From assembly GCF_009914755.1 (NCBI RefSeq), contig NC_060925.1: DNA of 64,000 nucleotides; one strand, given 5' to 3'. Under the pieces are notes generated by a model. It searched no databases. It was not told the DNA's origin and was given only the letters and a program-made list of their open reading frames with translations. Shown one piece after another: positions 38,816 through 55,573 of this stretch. Numbering within the stretch: position 1 is the first letter of the stretch; the number at the start of each line of letters is the position of its first letter. The DNA is from the human T2T-CHM13v2.0 reference genome, Homo sapiens. The position numbers and the translations under genes were made by a program.

Positions 38816-39519
38816 TATATCAAAATGCAATGCGGTAAAATTCAAAATGTCAGGCAGACCATTAAATTAATACAAAATATAAGCAATCAGAGTATAATGC
38901 TGATTTTAACACAACACATTATAAACACATTTTATGAAATAGAATGACTTGTATTTACATATGCAACTAAAGGAGTTTTCCTGTCTGAAGAGAAAAAGGC
39001 AGTTTTTGATTTTTTGTTTTGCACACAGTTAACAAATGGGTTCATAAGTAGAAAAACTCTTCCTAACAATAATCTAACCTCGATCACCCTAGACCTCTAT
39101 CTCCACTTATCTGTTAATAGCTAACTTACACATAGCATGAATATAGCAGAATTCCATGTCCTTTCAATGCAAATCTGTCAATTTCTTAATGTTTTCAACT
39201 CATTAAATTGCACAATGATTTATTTAATTGCTCAAGTAAAAATTCTAACAGTTTTATGTGTACCTAGTTTTCCCTTAACCCTGGCATGCATATTTAATAA
39301 ATAACTATGGATTATTAATTGTCTTACTTATGTTATGGCTGGAGATAGACACAAAGGTAATATAACAGTTATAATATCAAGTTACTGGGTCCAGATTAGT
39401 ATAATAAGGACTATACCAGAGGATTGTACAAAGTGTTTTGGAAGCGTAGAGGAAGTTGTATTCTACTTTGTCATGATGTCTAAATTTTTAAGCCTTTACT
39501 GTGCTAAAAAGAAAAAACA

Positions 39520-39715
39520 TATATGTATTTGTTGGGTGCTTACTATATGCCAAACAAGCACTGTAGTTTAACATATTATCTCATTTAAGCTTTATAAACT
39601 TGTAAAGTAACATTATAATTCCTATTAAAGGTAAAAGAAATTGCTCAGAAATATTAAGTGATTTCTAAAAGTCACAGGACTGATTAAGGCTGAGAGCAAG
39701 AATTCAACTGAGGAA
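39520..39715 (-). mobile_element. MIR
   Basis: tatttgttgggtgcttactatatgcca...attatctcatttaa...attaagtgattt...aagtcacag. Confidence 0.65.
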
Positions 39716-41149
39716 TGATTAAATTGAGGAATAACACTAAAATGTTGTACTAAAAGTAGTAATCTGTATACAGAAAGAGAAAGGATAATTTGGGTGGAGA
39801 AAAAAAGCAAATCATGTTTGAAGATGTCACATTTAGGAAGGATAGTAGTTTAGTATAGCTATACTCAAGTGTCCTTAAAAATCTAGGTCAGAAAGATAAA
39901 AATCCTGAGCTGTACAACTCAAGTATTCTAAGAATTGGAGCAACCTAGAATAGTCAGAATGCTGTAATTCAGAATCTTTTTAGGGCCCAAGGATCGCCAT
40001 TGTAGTCTCAGCTGTTTATGTCTCACAGCAGTTTAAAAGGCTTATACAAGGTGGTTTTTATTTTAGAAAAAGAACCATTACCTAAAAATGTAATGATTTG
40101 ACTCAATGAAAGATTTAAAACGCAAAGAACAAAAGTTGTAAATATATATCTTGTTTATATTTATTTGACCGTATACAGGGAATATCTGAATTTGCAGTGT
40201 ATACACTGTAAAGATTTAAGTCAGCAGGTATTTAAGCAGGTATTAACATTAACTATGTAATGGACTATGGTATTTGAGATTTCTAGTTGACAGAATGTCA
40301 GTTGATATACAGTTCCTTGAATATGTATTTAATAAAATAAGGCCAGCAATTTCAACAAAATAGAGTTATTTAGGTCTATGGACTTTTACATTGGCAGTTT
40401 ACAGAAATTATATCAATGATAATGGAATACATTGTGCCCATACCATCTGTTACTATTCAGAGACTTTAATTTCACAAATGAAAAACTAGTTGATAAAAGC
40501 ATCAATGATAAGGCTGCTGAAAGATATTTCTCCTCCAGATATTATAATTTAGTTGTTTTCTTACTGCTTGCTTATCTTAGCTATAAGATAAGACACAATG
40601 CATTTTATGGCCATTTCTTTACTGAGCCTAATTTAGCATTTTCCATCACTTAACAAAGGGTATAACCAGCAAATCAAACCAATTGCTCACTAAGGAAATT
40701 TGCATCATGGCAACAGAAAGAAATGTCTTTCATTCCAGTGATACAATAAGAAAGACAATTGTCATAAAACATACATAATGCCAGGCAAATGTACTCAAAA
40801 TATGATTGGAAAATACCCAGATTATATCTCTGAGTTGCTGTCAAATTTGTTTTTTGCTATTTAATATTATTTCTATGTCATAATAACCTCTTTTTCATGA
40901 TCAATGTGATCACCTCTGCAACTGATTTAATGCAGTCACTAAGTCATGAAAAGTGACAGTGATGTTTTGTTTTGCAGCCAGTGTATTCTACCTTTCAACA
41001 TGTCTCTGAATGTCCAAACTTCTGTTCACGATATCAGGCAGAATTAACACTCAAATATAGAATGGTAACTTCTTAGTGAGTGCTTCAAATACTGTAAGAT
41101 ATTTTATCTATTTATTTCATACTGTGAGATGCAAAACATCGAAGTAAAA

Positions 41150-41265
41150 ATAACGTCTATTCTGAAATCAGATCTCTCTGCATATAAAATTTGGTTCTAT
41201 GGCTATTCAGAAGCCTTTTAAATCTTGGTGTCTTGATCTGTAAAATGGAGATAATAACTCCCATT
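41150..41265 (+). mobile_element. MIR fragment
   Basis: gatctgtaaaatggagataataac core. Confidence 0.5.
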
Positions 41266-41428
41266 TTTGAGTTGCTCCCAATTTTAGGGTTACTACAGCA
41301 ACCTGCTGATCCAGAACCTGCTTGCCATTGTCAAATAGAACCCACTCTGTCCCAAGACGGTTGTGTGTCTTTGCCAAATTAGTTGATATTTTAATCATTG
41401 TTTTCTTATATGTAAAATGGACATTTTT

Positions 41429-41789
<361 letters not shown>

Positions 41790-41917
41790 TTATAATCTAA
41801 CAGGGAAATAATAACATCAAATATATAAGATTATTTTGCATACTAAAAATAATGCATATAAAACAGTCACTATTTTGTACAGTTCCTGGCTATTGTTATT
41901 ATATGACAGAATTGTGG

Positions 41918-41920
41918 GTT

Positions 41921-41951
<31 letters not shown>

Positions 41952-42174
41952 GAGTCGGAGTCTCACTCAGTCACCAGGCTGTAGTGCAGTGGTGCGATCT
42001 CGGCTCATAGCAACCTCCGTCTCCTGGGTTCAAGCGATTCTCCTTCCTCAGCCTCCATAGTAGCTGGGACTATAGGCGTGCACCGCCACACCCAGCTAGT
42101 TTTTGTGTTTTTAATCCAGACGGGGTTTCACCATGTTGACCAGGATGGTCTCAATCTCTTGACCTCATGATCTG
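41918..42174 (-). mobile_element. AluSc-like, 5'-truncated, (TTTTG)n tail
   Basis: caggatggtctcaatctcttgacctcatgatctg then an abrupt end; no TSD seen. Confidence 0.9.
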
Positions 42175-43957
42175 AAATTAGAGATAAAAGTAGTGGAGTG
42201 GGTCTTAGTGAAAGAAGATAACTTTGGTAAAGGAGGAAAATAAAAGACAAGAAAAAAAAGGATAGGTATGGCAACACGATGTGTGATGTTTCTAATCGCC
42301 TGTCCTAGAACAGAACGTCTGTATAAGAAAGTAATGGTAGAAAAATAGCTTGAAAGAATGTTTGATTGCACTTCATGGAGGTCATGGAGTCTGTGCTTTA
42401 TTACCTGGGCAACAGAGACTCATTCCTTCTGAAGTAATATTATCATGTGTAGAAATACGGTGAATGGCCAATTACATTTCACTTCATTCTACTTACAGGA
42501 GATGGAATTTTTTAGACCCTTCTCAGGTCAAATAATTGCAGGGGATGCACACCTTTAAAATATAACTAATTAGTCCTATCACTGTTTTATATATTATAGA
42601 TTTATTGTCTTCTGGTAAATCTCTCTCAGAAGAAAACAGCCTTGAGCAAAGTTAGACCCCTTCTGCATAGTAAACTGTTGTTTACTTCTACCTGTCTCTA
42701 TTTTATCGTATCTGAAAATATAAAGCTGCAACTTCAAAGTCATTAGGAATAGAAAGTCTGTTCTATACTTGAATATCCTTCATATAAAGTGCACTCCAGG
42801 GGAAGAATTTAATGATTATAGTACCAGACTGATGCTCTCAACACCCCTGAAATTTTGGCATGAAGGTCATTCTACAAGGAGTTGCTAGAAACAGAGGCAC
42901 ACAGCTCCATTCAAAACTCAGAGTAAGCCCCTCAGTAGGTTGCTTCCACAGGTGAATCTGATTCTTAGTCTTGTTTCTTTGTCAGGCAAACATCTCTCTT
43001 GTTTTAAGTCTTATATTGTTGCAGGCATCAAAAGGGAGAAGTTTAGATATAAACAAGCTCTGCCTCCAAGAAGAAATCTACTGTGTTTGCAGTACAGAGC
43101 AAGAAACTGGATTTCTATTTTCAACCTCGCAATTAATTAGAAAAGTTGAATGCTGTTAGCTCAGTAAGTCACTTCCTTCCTTTACAGAGTAAATGGAAAA
43201 GAAGTATTTCAATGACTGATGAAAAGACATAAGGATTAGTGCCTATGCTATAAACAAAATGTGCTCTGTCCAGCTTCACTGAAGTTGTAGTTATTATATT
43301 TGTATTTTATGCTTTCTCCTCACTGTGTGAAGCATTAAGTTGCCCAGTTTTAAAAAATCTTTCTAATAATAATACTTAAACTATCACCTAACTTAAAGAG
43401 GAGCTATATCCCCTTAGCAAAAAAAAAAAGAGATTTAAAAACATATGAGCATGCTGAGAAAAAAAAATAGCAGACAAAATTAATCAGGAGAGATGAAATA
43501 TAACTGGAAAGATTTAGAACACTATCCCAAGGTAGACCATAGATGGCTTGAGGACACAAAAGCAGATACATCAAGGTAAATAAATCTTCCTGAACCTTGC
43601 CAATGTCAGTAATACTAAATTCATAATTACAAGTTAATTGTGCTGTTTTACCATCTAATTCTGACTTGATTAAATTTTTAAAGACTATTATACTCAAGCT
43701 CACAATAAAGCAACTCTTATCAGATACATAGTATTCTTTTTTTTTTTTTTTTATTATACTCTAAGTTTTAGGGTACATGTGCACATTGTGCAGGTTAGTT
43801 ACATATGTATACATGTGCCATGCTGGTGCGCTGCACCCACTAATGTGTCATCTAGCATTAGGTATATCTCCCAATGCTATCCCTCCCCCCTCCCCCGACC
43901 CCACCACAGTCCCCAGAGTGTGATATTCCCCTTCCTGTGTCCATGTGATCTCATTGT

Positions 43958-47812
<3,855 letters not shown>

Positions 47813-47848
47813 TTAGTTGATGCAGTTTCTTCCTAGTCTCGATGGTCT

Positions 47849-48865
47849 TTACATTTTGGCATGATTTTGCAGTGGCTGGTACCAGTTGTTCCTTTCCATG
47901 TTTAGCGCTTCCTTCAGGAGCTCTTTTAGGGTAGGCCTGGTGGTGACAAAATCTCTCAGCATTTGCTTGTCTATAAAGTATTTTCTTTCTCCTTCACTTA
48001 TGAAGCTTAGTTTGGCTGGAAATGAAATTCTGGGTTGAAAATTCTTTTCTTTAAGAATGTTGAATATTGGCCCCCACTCTCTTCTGGCTTGTAGGGTTTC
48101 TGCCGAGAGGTCCGCTGTTAGTCTGATGGGCTTCCCTTTGAGGGTAACCCGACCTTTCTCTCTGGCTGCCCTTAACATTTTTTCCTTCATTTCAACTTTG
48201 GTGAATCTGACAATTATGTGTCTTGGAGTTGCTCTTCTCGAGGAGTATCTTTGTGGCGTTCTCTGTATTTCCTGAATCTGAACGTTGGCCTGCCTTGCTA
48301 GATTGGGGAAGTTCTCCTGGATAATATCCTGCAGAGTGTTTTCCAACTTGGTTCCATTCTCCACATCACTTTCAGGTACACCAATCAGACGTAGATTTGG
48401 TCTTTTCACATAGTCCCATATTTCTTGGAGGCTTTGCTCATTTCTTTTTATTCTTTTTTCTCTAAACTTCCCTTCTCGCTTCATTTCATTCATTTCATCT
48501 TCCATTGCTGATACCCTTTCTTCCAGTTGATCGCATCAGCTCCTGAGGCTTCTGCATTCTTCACGTAGTTCTTGAGCCTTGGTTTTCAGCTCCATCAGCT
48601 CCTTTAAGCACTTCTCTGTATTGGTTATTCTAGTTATACATTCTTCTAAATTTTTTTCAAAGTTTTCAACTTCTTTGCCTTTGGTTTGAATGTCCTCCCG
48701 TAGCTCAGAGTAATTTGATCGTCTGAAGCCTTCTTCTCTCAGCTCGTCAAAATCATTCTCCATCCAGCTTTGTTCTGTTGCTGGTGAGGAACTGCGTTCC
48801 TTTGGAGGAGGAGAGGCGCTCTGCGTTTTAGAGTTTCCAGTTTTTCTGTTCTGTTTTTTCCCCAT
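47849..48865 (-). pseudogene. ORF1: L1 ORF1, 338-codon frame with one nonsense codon (R110*, CGA>TGA at 48536-48538)
   Basis: 109-aa and 218-aa ORFs in the same frame; MGKKQNRK...QNHAKM. Confidence 0.95.
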
Positions 48866-49770
48866 CTTTGTGGTTTTATCTACTTTTGGTCTTTGATGAT
48901 GGTGATGTACAGATGGGTTTTCGGTGTAGATGTCCTTTCTGGTTGTTAGTTTTCCTTCTAACAGACAGGACCCTCAGCTGCGAGTCTGTTGGAATACCCT
49001 GCCGTGTGAGGTGTCAGTGTGCCCCTGCTGGGGGGTGCCTCCCAGTTAGGCTGCTCGGGGGTCAGGGGTCAGGGACCCACTTGAGGAGGCAGTCTGCCCA
49101 TTCTCAGATCTCCAGCTGCGTGCTGGGAGAACCACTGCTCTCTTCAAAGCTGTCAGACAGGGACACTTAAGTCTGCAGAGGTTACTGCTGCCTTTTTGTT
49201 TGTCTGTGCCCTGCCCCCAGAGGTGGAGCCTACAGAGGCAGGCAGGCCTCCTTGAGCTGTGGTGGGCTCCACCCAGCTCGAGCTTCCCGGCTGCTTTGTT
49301 TACCTAAGCAAGCCTGGGCAATGGCGGGCGCCCCTCCCCCAGCCTCGTTGCTGCCTTGCAGTTTGATCTCAGACTGCTGTGCTAGCAATCAGCGAGACTC
49401 CGTGGGCGTAGGACCCTCTGAGCCAGGTGCGGGATATAGTCTCGTGGTGCGCCTTTTCTTAAGCCGGTCTGAAAAGCGCAATATTCGGGTGGGAGTGACC
49501 CGATTTTCCAGGTGCGTCCGTCACCCCTTTCTTTGACTCGGAAAGGGAACTCCCTGACCCCTTGCGCTTCCCAGGTGAGGCAATGCCTCGCCCTGCTTCG
49601 GCTCGCGCACGGTGCGCGCACACACTGACCTGCGCCCACTGTCTGGCACTCCCTAGTGAGATGAACCCGGTACCTCAGATGGAAATGCAGAAATCACCCG
49701 TCTTCTGCATCGCTCACGCTGGGAGCTGTAGACCGGAGCTGTTCCTATTCGGCCATCTTGGCTCCTCCCC
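48866..49770 (-). promoter_or_regulatory. L1 5'UTR: CpG-rich internal sense promoter plus antisense promoter; YY1 site intact
   Basis: The most CpG-dense stretch in the window; YY1 motif caagatggccg at 49750-49760. Confidence 0.9.
49321..49536 (+). CDS. ORF0: L1 ORF0 (71 aa antisense ORF), intact
   Basis: gcaATGG context; MAGAPPPASLLPCSLISDCCASNQRDSVGVGPSEPG...RCVRHPFL*. Confidence 0.85.
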   Translation: MAGAPPPASLLPCSLISDCCASNQRDSVGVGPSEPGAGYSLVVRLFLSRSEKRNIRVGVTRFSRCVRHPFL

Positions 49771-51209
49771 AGATACATAGTATTCTAACAAACAGAATCT
49801 TACTCTATTTGTTCCTTAATGAATGATTATCCCCAAACCCTACTACTTATATTTGCATTTTAGCCTGTCATTGCATTTAGGCTCACACAAGTAGCTGGCC
49901 ATGATTGGAAAATATTTTTTTTAAATATTTTCCAGGTGATTTAGAAGTATATAAGATCTCGTGTGTTAAAGCAGGAAATTTCTAAAACTCTAAATTCTTC
50001 TAATAATTGCATAATAAAATAAAATTTAAAAAATTAAAAATAAACCTTGACTGAGTCAATACAATAAAAGTAATACGAATTCTCTCAAAAATGTATGCAT
50101 ATATTTATTTGTCTGTTTCTCTACATATATGTAGTATTAAAAGATATTTATATTTGAGTATCTGAAAGAAACTGTGTAATAGCAGAAGCTTCCCTGCAGT
50201 GAGGTTACAAAGCTGATTGTGTCTTTTAATTGACATCCTAAAGTGTTGATCCGAGGAACACAAGAAACATTTGTGGTTGTTTTATTACTTCTATCTATTA
50301 TTCTACCAGTAAATAGTCCCAAACCAGTTACTACTGAACATTACTGAATATAATTTTTGGATAATTTAGTATTTTACCATATTCACATTTCTGCTACAAT
50401 CCTATTGTTTGTAGTCAATCTGTCATTAAAATAAAAGAATGTAATTCCAGAATTTCCTGTCCAGACATGAAAAAACAGGAATACATTATTTATAAAGTAA
50501 AAATGAGCTTACACATTTTTTGTCAGAGCTATTACCTATTGGCCTTTAAGACCGTAATTATTTATATCAGCCTCTGAGCAATGCTTGTTAACATTTAGTA
50601 TGTTTGCTAACACAAATCAACATGTAATTTTCTCAAGTTTGGAAGCTTTTTATTAAGGGGTTAATCAACTGAATTTAAATTAACATAGGATAACCTCTGT
50701 AATCTTTACTAAATTATATTAACCCCAGTTAATCCAGTTTCCTTATCAATAAGATGGAGAAATTGATACTGATCTTATAGGAAAGATCTGAGTATTTAAT
50801 TGTTTTTAGAAACTTATATTGACAGACAAATATTAATAATACATGTTTAATGAACATGCATTATTTTTAGGAAATGAGTTTTGTATCTCTATATCATTAT
50901 AGAGATAATTAACTTCTATTATCAGTGGTATATAGAATGACATTTCTAGTCCTGGAAGACAATGTTCATCAAAATTTACCTTTTCATCCGGTTTTATCTT
51001 CTGTCTTATGCTATAAAGCATTCTATCACCAGAGGCTTGTGTAAAAGCACATTATATTTTACCTAGGAAACATAAGTTTATATATATCTTAAAAAGGCTT
51101 CGTTGGTTTCTTTGGATAATGTTGTGTTCTCAGCTCCTACTGCAGGCTTGACACAAGCAAAAACTTGTAAGAACATTCCTTGTTTATTTTGTCTAATAAT
51201 TTCTTTCAG

Positions 51210-51380
51210 GAGGCAGTTATTATGGAGATTAAGAATATTACTTCTTGATCCAGCATTCCTTGTTTGAATGCTGGCATAGTAACCTAAGTTCCACCTTCCT
51301 TAATTTTGTTTATCTAAAATGAGAATATTGAAAGTATCGATGCCATGAAATTATTTAAAAACAAAACAAGTTGAAATATA
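51210..51380 (+). mobile_element. MIR remnant
   Basis: gaggcagttattatggagattaagaat...ttatctaaaatgagaatattgaaagta. Confidence 0.45.
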
Positions 51381-53969
51381 TCCTGGAAGTAAATAAAGTA
51401 GAAGTGTTAACTTAGTTATTATCATTACATTGCTCAGTGTTCAAAAGTGTAATATAAGCCTTTTTTAAAGAGGTCCCAACCCTTCTCATGTAAATATAAT
51501 CTGGCCACTCCTAACTAGGAGGAATTGTATATCTTAAACTGTTTCTTAAAAAAAAAAAATGTAATAGGAAGAGCAATAGCTCTTCCCCAAAATGCTATCC
51601 AAGGATATATCCGGAAGTTCTTTTCAAATATAAATAAAATGATCTTTATTAAATAAGCAAAAGTTAATTTTTTTAATATGTTGTTAGTTAAAGCTCCCCT
51701 GTGACCACCAAATGATACAAGGCTTCTGGCTTCCATGTTGTACAAAAAAGTTGGAAAAAGTGTCACATCTACTCTAACAACAGCCAAATAATATACAAAG
51801 TCATTAAGAGCTGAAGTCACAATGCAACTGACTACTCTATACTCTAAAGAATGAAAAAAATATCAAAAGAGATATGGGATATGAGAATTAACTAGTCTGT
51901 GGCAATAGGAGGAAGACAAGGTCTCCATAAAAGTAGATTGTAAGAATTCAGCATTTTTAAAATGAATTACTAAAGGCTGAGGGGAGAAGGGCATGAGAAT
52001 ATATTATCTCTAAGTGATTCAGATGCAAGGGGAGTTTGTAGAACCTCACAGGCTCTTCTCCACGGAACTCAGAGTTCTCTCAAGGAAGACTGGGGCAACA
52101 CAAGATACAAGTCAATTCTTTCCTTGGTGATACAGGGCTGGATGAGGAGAGGAATCTCTACTACCTACCTGGTACCTCTTCCACTAAAGAACAGAAGTGT
52201 TAAGGAGTTTTGGGGAAGGAGCAGAAAACTCTTCTGGGCCCAGATTACTGGGGATCTCTCCTTGCTGCTGTCCAAGGTGTTAACCTGGGACCAATCTATA
52301 AGGTGCTAATTATATTGTATCCATTGCTTGCATCAAAGGGACGCAGAAATATTCAATCTCTAACCAATGTCCTTTTCTAAGATTACATTATTGAGGACAT
52401 GTAAAGGAGGGTTGTCCCCCTTTTTTCTTATTCTTCTGATCACATTGTTCCAATAAATAATGTTTTGGTTTCAGAATCTAGATGTCAGCATATGTGCTAT
52501 AATCTCTCCATTTGAGGTTAGTGAGAAAACTAGAAATAGGATTAATTATAAGCCTAAAAATTGGAAAGATACCTGAGAGCTCTAAGCAAATATTTAGACA
52601 TATTTATGTTTCTCCTTTACATTTGCGATACTACTTTTTCTTAAAATATATCTTTGTTTTGGAATAAGCAAATTTCAAGGAGTGAGATTTCAAAATAACT
52701 TGCTACTTATTACCATTATGGCCACTAGCAATGTGTGAACGTACTAATTTCATTCCAAATTCTCTAGGATTTGATGTCAAAACAAGGGAAGTATTTGACA
52801 AGTCTTTGACTATAATTCAGAAGAATTTCACAGAAAATAATCTAGGGTAATTATTTAAAATTAAGTTTTCTGAAGTTTTAGGGGAAAAATAGTGCCAAAA
52901 TAAATTCACAGCAAGCCATTAAACTAATGCTAAATTACTTCTCTTTCATTATTCATCATTACCTTCATATTTCCTCTTCCTAGATTCTATGATGTAACAT
53001 TTTCTTACAAATACTATTAATACTTTTGACCCTTGTTAGTTAATAATATTGAGTTGACAAAGCCATAAGTTAGGTATGCTCCCAATAAACTAGATATTAG
53101 CTAAGAACATATTAAAACAGTATTAGTTAGTCTCTTTAATTTCATGGCCATCAGTCTCGTATTGGCATTCAGCACTAAAACATTATAAAACTAAACTTCC
53201 TTAATATATTTACTTTCACATTTTCCACTTCTCAATACAGTCTCACTTTTGTTTTCTGATAATAATATCATCTCTGGTCATTGACAAACTTAGATTATCT
53301 GGAAGTTCATTTTTTCCCCTTTTCGCAGTTCAACAGGAAGCTCTCTTAGCTGGGCAGCAAGGAAGGCCTTTGGCTGATGTCAGCATTTCTGGCAGGCCAG
53401 GCTTCACCCAGAGCCCTTGGTATATACAACTTAGACCTCAGTTTGTGCACCTCCCAGTCTTCCTCAAGTTGCCTTGAAAACTTTCTTGTTATTTAGAGAA
53501 AATAGATGTTCTGTAGTCCACTTCAGGCTACACCTCTAAAAATGTAGCACTGTGTGTTGGGGGGGCCGCAGTGGTAGGGGGCGGGCATAGTCACTGTCTT
53601 GGAGCCCCCTCTGTCATGGGTCCACCTGCAGCCCTCACAGCCTTCTCTATTGGAACCATAGCCATGCTGTGTATTGAACTTTACTCAGCCTGTCCTGTGG
53701 AAGAATGACAGGTTTGGGGACTTACTGCAGTCTAACATGTTTCTGCTTATAAGATTTTCCCCGATAAATGATACATTAGATCTGCTCTATTCAGCCAAGT
53801 GTTCATAATGCCCTTGGATGACAACAATTTTTACTGTTAAAAGTAAGAAATAATAACAACCCTTTGGAAACTTGCATATTATTTTTCTACCAAATCTAGT
53901 CTCTTTAATTTCGTATGCTGCTCATACCCCTAGTAGTTTCGTTAAACTGCTCATTAGCAGTTTAACCTT

Positions 53970-54200
53970 GTGCTTGAAAGTGTGTTTTCTGGAGCTCATC
54001 TACTGGGGGTTGAGTCCCTGCTCTGCTAATCATCAGAGCTGTGTAATCTTCAGCAATTTATTTTTTTTCTGTATCTCAGTTTTTCTGTTTGTAAAATAGA
54101 AATAATACATAGTTCATAGAGTGATAGTAAACATTAAGTTAATACATGTGTAACACTTTAAAAAATGGTGTGACATATAATAAGTATTAGTGTTTGTTAA
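53970..54200 (+). mobile_element. MIR
   Basis: gggttgagtccctgctctgct...tctcagtttttctgtttgtaaaatagaaataata...taatacatgt. Confidence 0.75.
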
Positions 54201-54744
54201 ATGAAGATTATTTGTAACTGTAACAACATTCTCTCTGTTTTTTTATTATTACTGTGGAAGATGGAAGAAGTGGCCCTTTCACAGGCCAACTCCTGCTCTT
54301 GGCTTTGGATTAGATCTGGTTGGGGTATAAAAGCTTCATTTTTACATTCATTCCCTTTCTTCACTATCATGTTTCTTCCACTCTTCTTGATAATTTTTGC
54401 TAGTATACAAATATTCTCTGTTGCTTCTCAAATTAATAAAAAATTGTGTTGTCACTCTGTTCCTTCCACCTACCAACTCATTTATATTTTCTCCTTGACA
54501 ACAAATTCCTAAAAAGAGATTAGTTGTTAAAGATTAGTTGTGGCATTTTCTAAAAATTTCCACAGCAATATTTCTGCTTCCACTTGCAACTACATAAGGT
54601 TACTAATTCCATCCAAAGATAGATTTATTTCACCTCTACTTGAACTCAGTGGTATTTTGTTAATGCGTCTGTGAGGAGAATGTAAGAAGTGATGTTATGT
54701 GACTTCTCTGTGTAGGTAATAAAAAGTGATATGTTTTCACCTGA

Positions 54745-54780
<36 letters not shown>

Positions 54781-54804
54781 GTCACACACACACACACCCA
54801 CACA

Positions 54805-54840
<36 letters not shown>

Positions 54841-55394
54841 CTCTCTCTCTATATATATATCTATAGATAGATATAGCTATCTATAGATATATAGATAGAT
54901 ATAGATATCTATATATATACTATATCTATCTATCTATTTAGACAGTTGTAGTATCTATCTATATAGTATATACAGATTATATGTAACTGTAACAACATTC
55001 TCTCTGTTTTTTATTATTACTGTGGAAGATGGGAGATATAGATAGATATAGTATATATTTATATATAGATATAGTATATATTTATATATAGATATAGTAT
55101 ATATCTATATATAGTATATATCTATATAGATATAGATAGATATCTATCTATATACTATATTATATAGATAGATATAGTATATATAGATATCTATATATAG
55201 ATATAGTATATATATACTATATCAACCTATATATAGATATATCTATATATAGAGAGCGTGTGTGTGTGTGTACGTGTGTGTGACAGAGAGAGATATACTC
55301 TATCTATCTATATATATCTATATATACACTATATCTATCCATATCTATCTATATATATGCTCTATCTATCATCTATCTATTTATCTATCTATCA

Positions 55395-55439
<45 letters not shown>

Positions 55440-55456
55440 CCTACCTACCTACCTAC
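54745..55456. repeat. Compound microsatellite (CT)n(CA)n(TA/GATA)n(TG)n(TCTA)n(CCTA)n
   Basis: Directly visible; (TCTA)n tetranucleotide STR at ~55361-55440. Confidence 0.95.
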
Positions 55457-55573
55457 TTACCCCTGTGGTTCAGCCACCCTGCAGTAAGGAAGCCTAGGGT
55501 ATGTGGAAACAGCAAGAGATCAACTTGCCCCAACTAATGTCAGCCCCCAGCCAGTTTCATCCTAGAGACATGC

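Noticed and set aside
40191-40212. 22-bp near-perfect palindrome tttgcagtgtatacactgtaaa
   Set aside because: Isolated, with no TIR/TSD context; plausible by chance in 64 kb
51720-52250. Possible ancient L1 5'UTR relic
   Set aside because: Resemblance too weak to call without an HMM search
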